Shown here piece after piece: positions 37,501-49,500 of a DNA stretch of 64,000 nucleotides. The position numbers and the translations under genes were made by a program. The DNA comes from Phoronis australis (Eukaryota > Animalia > Phoronida). The stretch spans positions 192,402-256,401 of the forward strand of contig NMRA01000445.1 in NCBI GenBank assembly GCA_002633005.1, given 5' to 3'. Below the pieces are notes generated by a model. That model was not told the origin of the DNA, made no database searches, and was given only the letters and a program-made list of their open reading frames with translations. How positions within the stretch are numbered: position 1 is the first letter of the stretch; the number at the start of each line of letters is the position of its first letter.

Positions 37501-40500
37501 CACATTATTATTATTCAAATAATAAAGTCAGCGTCAGCGACGAACAGAAAGCGAGATGAGTACACATTTTTATTGGCCAACAAAGACAACCACCACTAGT
37601 GCCCCCTGTAGGCTCACCATGAGGTAATGCAGGTGGTCAGACACCTGCAGACTGTAGGCAGCATGGGGCGGCTGAAACACAGTAGATGCAGTGAGGGTGA
37701 GTGAAGCCCTTATCCAGTGTGTGTTTCATTGAGGCAAGAATCTCGCGAAAACTCAAAAACCCGCACGATTTTGTGAGATGTCGCAAAGCACATGATCACA
37801 TTGGCTTCCAAGATTCTTGTGTCTATGAAACTCCACCCAGCTAAAGGGTTCTAGGCAGCAAAAAGGCGCCATGTTTACACAATAGGTACAGAAAGTGCAC
37901 TGTCACCCTATGGGGGCAGTTAAGGAAATTGCACCACCATAGCTCAAACTCTTGCCACTTCTCTACAGGAAATTATATTAGGTGAAATTTTTGTAAAATG
38001 GAAAATCAATAGTTAAATACTATTTAATAGTAAACACATGGTTCACAGGTGTTGTGGCATGACCTTCAGACATTTAAAAGGTAAGTCTTTCTGAATTTTG
38101 TCAATATTGAACAAAAGCGTTGGCTCAAGTAAATAGGCCAACACAATATTATTCCACCTGACCTTTAACCTGACTGACCTATAACATATAACACACTTGA
38201 CCAATCATCTACATGACTTAAAATCTACACTAGCAAGTTTCGACATTATACTTGTTGCAGACCAAAACACAACCAACAGGCTGCCTGCAACCCAACCCTC
38301 AGTGACCTCTACCCCCTGTGCCCTTTGAACTATGACCCACCTCCATCTCCTCCTGATCAGCACAGTCTACCGAGTCTTCAGAGTCGGAGGAGTCCGTCTC
38401 TATCTCCTGATAGTGTTCCTCTACAGTCTGTGGCATCAGTTGTAACTCTTCTTTACTCTTGAACTCAAGAGCCAGGATGGTGGGAGGGAGGAGGATGCCT
38501 AGAATCACCTACAGGGGAGACAACGAAGAAATGTTATAGAAGCTCTTCTTTGATCTTGAACTCAAGAGCCAGGATGGTGGAAGGGAATAGAATGCCCAGA
38601 ATCACCAACATGAGAGACATAGAAGTTCTTCTTTACTACTGAACTCCTGGGCCAGGATGGTTGGAGGGGGAGGGGAGGATGCCTAGAATCATCAACAGGG
38701 GAGACAACTGCATGTTAGAGGACTTCTTTACTCTTGAACTGGAAGGGCCAGGATTGTGGGAGGGAGGGGGATACCCCAGAATCACCTACATGGGAGACAA
38801 TTTAATGTTAAAGTTCTTCTTTACTCTTGAACTGAAGGGCCGGGATGGTGGGAGGGAAGAGGATACTCAGAATCACCAACAGGAGAGACAATTACACATT
38901 ATAGAAGGCATAGCATGTGGGAGAGGCAACTGAGCATCGCACAGACGGACATCATAAGCGGAAATGAACTAAGCGTGTCATATTCAGGGGAGATTACTGT
39001 ATATCGTAGCTACATGTAACTGAAAATGAGAATCTAAGAACACGTGGTTACAGTTCATGATGAAATGGATACAAACTATGAAATAAGGCTCATAAACGGG
39101 ATGTTACCTAATTTGAACTTAATGTTCCAGAGGCAGACGCATGCAACAGGATTTCAATGTTGATACAACATGTTTGATTAGTTTCCACAAACTAGTGTAA
39201 CTGCCTTGAACAAGCTTTTCACTATATGACGTGTGTGGCTCAACCTTACAAACTCATCAGAAGGGAATGTATAGTTTCTAAAAGTCAAACATGAAGTAAC
39301 GATAAAGCCGAGAATTTAATTCAGATTGAGACACCAGCATACACCTTAACGGCCGTGTGAAGGGCTCTTTCGTGACCCATGATTTTTTTTTGTCATACGT
39401 GAACCTGAAACGGGCTTTTTTAAACCATGAACCAATATTTGAAGGTGACCGTGACTGTATTTTTAGGCAGCCGAGAATCTGAAAATTAGCCCAAATTTGT
39501 GAATGAAAACTGGGATTGGTGAGTTGGTTGCAACTGGCCCAAGAATTGTTGGCGCCCAGGTGGAGGAATTGATGGGGACAAGGAAAAGAACAAAAATCTG
39601 CTATGACCCATGAAACTTGACAAAACGTGGCAGTGAATTGCATGCCATTCACTCATGTATAATTTTAATAGCATCCCCCCCCCCCCCCCCCCCCCCCCCC
39701 NTCACCTTCCCCATGAGCAGTACACAACAGAGGCTTGAGGTCCATCATGGCAAATGTGTGTGTGCACGCGTGTGCAAGCCTGCGCGTTGAAAGACCAAAC
39801 ACAAAATGCAAGGACACCCAGTGAATGTTTTTACAAAGATTTCACCTTAAAAGTGGTGTGTTTCCTCATCCTTAGACCACCCAACCACATGTCAGACAGT
39901 AACATCTGACAACATGTGTGTGACAGGAAGTCCCGGTGTTGGGCGGAGACTGCCAGGCTTAGGCACGTCTGATTGGACCAGTGCATGAGTTCACAGGTCA
40001 ATAACTGCTCAGTGTAGTCATCATCTTGCTGGTAACAGACGTCCAGTAGCTCCAGCGCCTTCTGTTGGAACTCTCTGAAATTAAACCAAGTATTCAGAAC
40101 TGACAGGAAACATTCTTTTCACAGCAATACTCCAATGAGTTGTATAAATCATGTTGCTCTAACAATTGTAACAACTAGGCATCTCTAGAGTGGGTCACTC
40201 ACAGATGAACTGCTAAAAGACTAGATTTTCAGCAGTTTGTGATTAAGCCAGGCAGAAGTGAATTAAGCTTTGGCCCAAAGGTAACTGCATCTTTCACAGG
40301 TTGCCAGCATCTACACTCATCTGGCTTTAAATGATAATAATCAATACGAAATGTACAGCATTCACGAATGTCGATCACAAACTACATTCGCATAGTATTT
40401 GCAGACAGTAAGGAATCATGTCTTCAAATAATGAATGTCACAAATCAGATTAGTCATGAGGTAAACCTGCATAAGACATTGGCTCTAGAATCATGCAGTG

Positions 40501-43500
40501 TAATACAATGAGTGGGACATCAACGGCTGTTTCTTGAACAGACTTTTAGGTTTTTTCTTTTCACTTCAGCCAAAAGTTATAAATCTGACTGCAAATAACA
40601 AAAGCCTTTTTGCTTTTCGTATTACTTGAAACGCTTACTAGTTATCTCCATCTATTCAAGCAGACGATGTATTTCTGTCTTATGACTTCGAGTTACAGAC
40701 AGATTTTCCGATTTTCAGGCTATCCCATCCCTAAGGAGTGATTTTAAGACGAAAGTTGAAAGAAAAGAAAATAGACTCTTCAAGAAATTGTCCCCTGCTC
40801 TTCCAAAAATAAATCAGTCACAAAACACAATATCATAGAGCGCTTACAATGCATAAGACACCAAGTCTTCAATTATGTATGACAAAACACGATACTGCAG
40901 TGGACTTACAAAGCACAAGACACGAGGCCTTCAATTATACCTGACAAAACACAATACTGCAGTAGACATAAGACATTAAGTTTTCAATTAATGTCTGTGA
41001 CAAAACACACCTACTGTCCTTATAGTCTACTTACAATGCATAAGACATCAAGTCTTCAGACACATCAGCTGCCAGGTCATCATCTGCCGCCTCCCTAGCC
41101 ATTGCCTTATACAGACGACAGGCAACCAGAGCCTTAAATATCAAGACAAGTGTGAATAAAGGAGTCTTCAGTATGATAAAGATTGTAAATCTTACAATGT
41201 CATGAAAAACGAGAAAATTGTAACTTGCTATAGGGCAACATTCAATCAATGACCTCATCAGGCATTTCATGGTGGAGGACTGAGTAAACATTGTTTCTTC
41301 AGGCTCACATTGTGATTGTTACATTTTATGATGTAAGGGCTCATTTTCTGCAACAATTCCCACTCTCCTACGACACACACCAAATCTTTTATAATCAAAA
41401 GAAATTATAACACACATAACACGGTGGTTCTTCCTTCACTGCTGTACATCACTATTGAGAACTGATTATAAGTCCAAAAATGAAAGACAGGGGGCACTGG
41501 TTGCATACAAACTCCTTTTATGAAAAATGCGATTCAATTGACATATACAAATTAGAAGATATATTATCTAGTTCATCCCTCAAACAAAAGGATGACCCTT
41601 ACCTTAGACAGAGCTTCTTCTCCAAGCTTCCACATGAACAGCGCCATCTTTTGTCGCTTCATCAACACCGCCCACACCATAAGGTCATGAAATGGCAGTG
41701 GAAACTCAAACACAGGGTCAGTGACAACACCATTGCTATTAGGAGCGAACGAGACGTCGGTAGCCATGGTGGTGAGGTTGACGCCCTGGTGGACAGGAAA
41801 TGCACCAATCAGAACCGATATCACAGTGAACAGGAAGCATCAGCCTTCCTCTATGAAATTGATCAGCGCCACCTAGTGTTGCAACAATGGATTCTGCACC
41901 ACTTATCATAATTCTATTTAAAGCTGCATTCTGATTGGTTTAAATGGCTTAAAAAAAAAGAAAACTGAATTAAGCCTTCTACTCTCATCAAACTTTATAG
42001 ATTTTTAGGCTAGTAACATGCAGCTTTCCGTCTTGAAGTAAACACTAACATCTAAATCCTTTCAAAAGAATTTGGCTTGTCATAAACTGTCAGATGTATT
42101 CTTCGTTGGCTTCCTTCTCTCCATAAAAGTGTATTAAGTGTAAAAAAAATTAGAAACGCCGAGGTCTAACCAATGCATTAAGAACAATAGAGTTTCATCC
42201 CAAAACAGTATTGAAAACATAGTACTCAGTATTTATTTTTCGTAAACACTGCGTAAAATTACTCAATTAAACATTTCAAAATTCATTACTTGCCTGGTTT
42301 TTACGCTCAATTTGTAGCACAGCACACTTTCTGACACTAGAGTGTAACTAATCTTGATCATTGTCAGTTTCTATCTTATACAAAACGTACAGTAAGACAT
42401 GCATGTACGTTTACCTTCTTTGTATAATAGAGAGCGCGGAACCGTCGGCGACAGTAGTTCGCCCTGAAGGCTCCGCCCATCAGCTGCTCGATGACCAATC
42501 CGATGTCGACCAGCGTGTACTGGTAGCTGTGAGGCATATTCTGGCGTACATCTCGCACTAAGTAACGTAACGTGTTGGACGGGCCAGATTTCTGAACAAA
42601 ATAAAGCACCACTTAACCTCAGAGGAATGAAGCACCATCAGATGCCCAATGTGTATAGGCAGTGGGCAACTTCTTGAAGTATTATGAATGAGCAAGGCGT
42701 TATTCTACTAGTATGTCAAGTACACAGTGGTCATGAAACATACATTAGTTACTTTAAACCTGCGTTCAGTCAAAGAGAGGAAGTTTTAACGCAGACAACT
42801 GACTGCTTCTAAATAGTTAAGGAAAGAAATCGCAGAACATAATTGCCATAAACAGACTTGGCACATAACCCAACACTTCTTTCCAACCCCACGAAACACC
42901 ACTAGTTTGAGTAAGGAAGTTGAGACAAATCTTGTAACTGTCAGTGGTCTCGAGTCCAGTGTTTTGACAGACAGCGGGTTGACAGCTGCTTTAGAAAAAC
43001 CATGCACTAGTTTTCAACTATTTTTAACTCAAGGGCACTATTTACTCACCGTATTATACAGTTCCTCCAGACGGCTGATAGTCAGGAAGTTCACCATGCT
43101 CACACCATTATCCATGAGGAGTTTGACGAAGTCAACGCGGTCGTTGACCAGGGCGTCCATCATAGCCATTTCCAGTGTTTGTTTCTGACGAGGAAAATGG
43201 CAGACGGATCAGATGTGCGTGTTATTAATTCAACAACATGTGAGACTTAGCATTGATTTTCACTTTAATTTTAACACAGAATTCAAATTGGTCTTGTGAG
43301 AATTTCATGCAGGGTAAACTCGTCAGTACACAAAAAACACAAAAATTAACATAAACTGGAAATTAGCATGTTTTCTAGTAAAGAATACTTGCAACCAATT
43401 GTTGGCACGAAAAAGAACACAGCACCAATCAAAAACAGACGATCACAAACCACTCCAAATAATACACATTTACTGACAACCTTGAGACGCAATAAAGAAA

Positions 43501-46500
43501 ACCATGACTCACGGGCCATTCTAGTCCATAGACAAAGATGTGACTGCGGGCTATGTCCACTCGGTCCCAGGTCAGGGCCAGACTCAACTGGTCCGCAGGG
43601 CTGGCATTCTGACCCTTTAGTAACGCTGTCAATATGGCCAGGTCAATGTCTTTGACTCCGCCCTCACCCATGCGAAAAATGGTGATCTGGGTGCAAGAAG
43701 AGCAAAATAAACGAAGGGGCGGGATCAAATGGCTATTGACAGACAAATGATAATAATAAATGGGTGAATAAATTTCTTGCACAATAAGCAAGATCCTGCA
43801 AGACTGGGCAAAATCATGTGAGCGAAAGGCCAGCGTTTTGTGGGTATGCTCAGGAGCTTTTTAGCCTATCTTATCAAAATGGCTGCCACTGATTGATAGG
43901 TGAGATTGGAGTGGTACATTTTGGAGTGATGCATTTTGGGATTGAAACTTTTTCACAAGGAGTGCAAGCTTATGCCTCACGGTTTACAGACCGCTGCCCT
44001 GTACTCACCAATTCTTTTTTCTTAACACACAACATGAGCTCAAGAAATAGTTTTTCTGCTTGTTCCTGCGAGTACTGGAATGTCTTCTCTATCGTCACCA
44101 CAAGCTGGTCATGAAGGCTATCAGGCATGGTACTGAAACGAATAGAACCAGTCACCTTTCGATTCTTCTCTTAAAAGGACCCAAATCCCCAAATCGGTGA
44201 TCATTTCACATTTATTCTGCCCCTTGCTACAGTACAACTAGTATTACTCCCTAATGGTTGAAAGTATCAGTTAGCTAAAAACACTTCTACACTGTGTCAC
44301 ATAATGGATTCAGTGATAAAGTGTGCGGTCTTTCCCCACGACCATCCCAACACATATCCAAAGGGTTAGTAACACCTTGAAAGTTGGCGTGGATCACAAA
44401 GGATTATATTGACTGAAGTGTCCGTTTAAGGAATTTTGGTGTAATGTTGCATAAGGTGTACAAGCCTTTACCGAAAGGCCCGAAGCTTCACAAAGAACAC
44501 TACTCACAAGTAAGCACCACCACAACTAACATAAAACCAAATATTTTAGAACCCATCAATTTAACAGACAGTAAAATCATTTTGTCCAGCCTAGAGTGGT
44601 AGAGACTATACATCAGCAAAAGCCAAAGTCCCACAAAATGTGGACAGCCATACTTATCGGTGCACAAATCATTACCAAAATGAAAACTTCACAAGCTAAC
44701 TGTTGGTGTGTACTATAAATCAAGACAAAGGTGAATAGTGCTATTATTAGGACTCACCCATCGTCGAGCGCAAACTTGTGCGCAAAGGCCAACAGGTCGG
44801 CAGCCCGTCCTGACCCATCGCAAACCACAACTGGCACAGGTGGTGTGTCTGTTACGTACTGCAGGACTGTGCGAATGGTGTTAGTACCACCCTCAAGGAC
44901 GACACAGACCAGGGGCACGTGACCAGTCTTGGTGTCGGGGTGCCCTACAAATGAGTAATCAATAAGCTATTAAATAGCTACTGTTCATATATGCCATGAA
45001 TTTTTCACAGGCTTCCTAGAATTTTCATTTTCCCATGAATCCTTTTCCCACAAAAATGGAGTGAGTTTACTGTTATCATAACTTTGCTAAATGATTGTTG
45101 CCAAACATAATGGAATGCATGGACATAACAGAGTAAACAAGTTTCTAAGTTATCCTATGAAAATTTCCATGAGTTTTCCCTGATAAGGGACAAAGCTGAG
45201 CAAATTAATGCTAAAAATTTCAACTCACTTGACGACAACTTCTGCTGCGAGATGAATTTCTCCAACTTCTTGCGAAGCTCAATCTCACCACCGTACTTGC
45301 CGATAGTTCCATTGTCCGCCAACAGGAAGTGCGAGTGGTAGCAACTCAGGACGGCACTGTGACTTTTGGGCGGCAAAATGGCGTGACAGGGCCGTACCTC
45401 CTATAGACCAGGTACATAATAAATGAAATGGATTTTAACAGTTTTGAAAGAAGTGGCAAGTTCAAGCGGTTACGAGCTTGCCTTCAATCACAAAAACTTT
45501 TGATTTGGACAAATTATCGTTATGAAACTGGTCTCAAATTGTTCGTTGGTGAAATTGAAGTTGATAACTCGTAGTGTGGTCATGACTTTAGACTTACATC
45601 CCTTCCGATCAATTCCTCTCGGCCATGCACAATCCCCCAGGGGGCGATACCGATAGAGACGATTGTGTTCTTTGCTTTAGCAGACCGTTCACCTAATGCC
45701 TCACCAACATGTCTGGTCACTCCTAAGCAGGAAAGAAAATTTTCAACAATTGCAAGGTACTTTTCGGTCAGTCTTAGCCTCAAAACAAAGGCTGTGTCAA
45801 CAAATAAACGTAATTCTAGAAAAAAGACCGGAAAACTTGGAAAAAGTCATGATTGTGCCAATCTGTCTAATAGTTGTCAGGTGACCTGTTTTCAGGTTAA
45901 ATGGTAACTTTTTGAAATTTACTCTAACCACAAAGCATTCTGTTCGCTGACTGCTAAAAAATTAATATATTGCAAAACTTAAATTAGCCTGAAACTTCAA
46001 TGAATTATTTTTTGGTGTAAAGAACAGTTGATACACGACTCGGATGTATAGCAGGGTTTAAACATTAAGTGTCAAAACATAGCAAATAATAGTTGTCATT
46101 TTCAAAAAATACAGCGGAGAGCATTTGGCAAAGATATGATGTGAGAAAGAGCATCTAAATAATTTATGCGTTTAAAAAAAATAAGTAATTGCAGGTGGTC
46201 TGGTACACATTCCGCACACACCGCTCAGGTGAGCCCATTGCACTGCTCACCTGGAACCATTTTTATGCTTTACTAATGAATAATTAAAACCGAGCTGAGG
46301 AGCTAGAGTCCCGAATCAAAAGGCCTAGCAGTGTGCCCCAGAAGGACTCCAACCTCCGACCTAGAGTAAAGAAACTGTACACTCATCCCACTAGGCCACA
46401 CACACACTACCTCTTCTAAAAATAAACTAGAGAACATTTGGCAGTTATGATGTGAGAAGGCATCTGAATTCAACACGAATCATTCCGAGTTTCGCTCCGT

Positions 46501-49500
46501 ACCCGTATTAGTTCCGTTTGTGATCACCCAAGCGCTAGTGGTGGCTGCCGCTTTGAGAAAGCCCTTTCGGAACACGCGCTTCAACTTGGGCTGGAGGTCA
46601 AAGTTCGAGATACCGCCGTGGACGGAGATGAGCAGCTTGGGAAGTTCCAGCTTCCACCTCTTGGTGAACAGCGAAAGGATGTTCTCCGGCAGAGTGTCGT
46701 GCGACAAGCGTATGTACTGTGCACAGAAGCAAGAGAGTTACGTGAACAGTGTGGTGACAGGAAGAGTTAAATAAATCATGGTGTTCTGGTGCATAATGAA
46801 ATCAAGCAACTACACAGGGGTCAGTACAAGGCAAGCATCTTGCGAAAATGCAAAATCACGGATCCCGCTTAATGTCACGCCCTCGGTTTCAACCTTAAAT
46901 GTCATAAGTGGGGAATTCCATTAAGCAGGTTTTGACTTGGCGCCAATCGTAACAACTCTAACAAGCTTATCACAGGTGGAGAGTTTGAGAGGAAAATAGC
47001 TACACAGTACGAAACCAAAGCGATGAGTTCCCATCTGGCAAGTGAACTGAAGATGACTTGAACTGTTTTTAGATTGAGAAGCAATGGTAAGCAAAATGTC
47101 TGATAGTTGAGTTAAAATTAAGTTTTGCAGACTTTTTAATAACATTATCTGGGAATATGACAATAAATCATCACATTACGGGGTTATTTTACAAGGTTTT
47201 CATAGCAAATGATCATATTTTTGACATTTCAGGACAATAAACAGGATAATCCATTATCCAGTAAAGCTTTAAGTCGACTCCACTGTTTCACCAAACATCA
47301 CAAAGGAAGCAAGTGAATATATTAGCTTTTCTCGCTAGTGTCATAGGTGTACAGAACTCTGGCCAGTTCACAAAATATTTGTCAAAACAGCAGTGTCCAG
47401 CCGTCTAAAAGCGGGGAACGGATTCAAACGACTGATGTATGCACCGCCCTAGTGAGTGAATAGCCACCCCTCATAACCCTTTCGACACACGTCCATTCCC
47501 CGTGGCTGCCCATTTGGCGATATATTGACTTAATAAACTGTACTGCAGATACCTTGAGAAGCAGAGAAGTGGATCTGCTGTAGGCATATACTGCTGTAGG
47601 CATATACTGCTGTAGGCATATACTGCTTTGTCCATACACTTGCTGCACCACAAAAATAAAGCAAAACATTACTGAGATCAGAACGCGTCTTGTGATGGCC
47701 AGCATCCACATCGGCCAATTCATTTTTTAAGATTTAAAGATTTCTTACAGACATCCATAATTTCCTGTCCATCTACTTGCACAAGCTCAACAATTGTTTA
47801 CCTCAGTCAGAGATTATTACCATTAAGTGACATCGCGTGTTCAAGTTGATTTTCCCATAACAGTGCCATATTGCAAATACTGACAATCAAGTAATCCGAC
47901 CCGTACCTGAGCCTTCAGGGGGTGCGTGACTTGAAATTCCAGGGTGCCAAACGCATCCGTCGGCTGGAGAGCAGTGTGTTTGTGTACCTGCCATTTCTCC
48001 GTGACGCCGTTGTCGGCCATACTGACCACGTTACCATGGCGACTCACCGATCGGCCACAGTGACACCTGACAACAAAAAAGAGATTACCAAGATTGACAA
48101 CAATATTTTAAAAATCTTTTTACTTTCCATTTTCAACCCATCAAAAATTTCTGAATCTTGGATGATTGAAAAATTCAAATTCACACCCTAAAATATCGCA
48201 TAATAATTTTGTGATCTTCTCACTGCTATTTTTGTGAAAATATTTCCTATTAAAAAATATAATATTTTCAAAAAGCATATACTGCCAGCAAACTTGTGAT
48301 TGGACTACTTTTATTACTGGCAATACTCAGGGAATCTTACCTCAAATAGTCAATTTACACTCAAAGCAACGAGATATCTGCCATCAATCTCCCAACAACA
48401 ACCTATCATTAATAAGTCTTCATTTTTGATGACAGGTATTTCCGTTGCTCAAAAGAAAATCGCAAACCCAAGACAAAGTTCACTTCACGATAGACTAGTA
48501 TAAATTGCAAAATTTCATGTGAATCGACCCATGAGAGAAATCGATGTTCAAAATTGCCAAGAGGGTCGAAAATCAAAAGGCTTAAAATGACCCATAACGT
48601 CTATAGCCAGGTAATAGACAAACAACACAAGAATACTTGGCGCTTAACTAATGCGACGAAAGAAATTATGAGGCTCATACAAAGATATACAACAAGTGGA
48701 TATTGTATTTTTAAAAAAAATCCAGAAAAATTGACCAATACCATCCTACACAACTCGCAAGAATTTCCTACTGTGCTTCAAAACGAAGTGATGTGTTCCA
48801 GCTACAAATGATTCTGGATGTTTGGAACACCCGCGCTTTCATGCATGCAAAGGCATTGTAATCTAAACAATACACAACAATAAGTTTTTGCAGTGCCACC
48901 ACAGTGTGCAAGTAAGGAATGTACTTCAACAAACACATATTCCCAAGTTAACCAGTTGGAAAATGGGCTTTGAAATCTGTACTTTTATTGCTTGTAAACA
49001 ATAAGACAGATACTGTTGTCTACTGTGGCGTCTCCTCTAAGTAACTTGAAGGTTAAACATTTTCTAATACAAGGAGCATGATTTTCTCAACCAAATTTTG
49101 ATAAACTGATGATACGTTAGCTAAAGGTGAATTATTCCACTGAAAAATATAAATCAATACCCACATCCTGGATTCAACTCTCCTCTTTTAAAAAGATAGA
49201 AAAACACATTGGCCTAATTTTAAAACGCAAGGTCACGAACACACTTCTGAGCCGAGTCAGAAAAGATAAAAAATGATTTATCATGACTCATCATGATTTC
49301 AGATGAAAAATGAGGAAACTGGAAATCAAATAAGAGGAAATCGGAACCAAAAAAGAGAAAATCCTCTTAAAAGAGGGAAATTACAAGCTCTGGGCTCATT
49401 ATATTGCAGCAATAATTTAAAGCTTTATTGGAGTTAGAATAGCAAGTAGCAAATCAATCACAATGCAAAGCCATGTGCAATTGTAGTGCAAGTATTCCAC

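Noticed and set aside
39675-39701. Poly-C run (and poly-G at 54559-54591) as functional G4 elements
   Set aside because: Both abut or contain N bases, so lengths are unreliable; the poly-G lies inside a MITE
46335-46405. tRNA gene
   Set aside because: A and B boxes present but no cloverleaf; better explained as a SINE head
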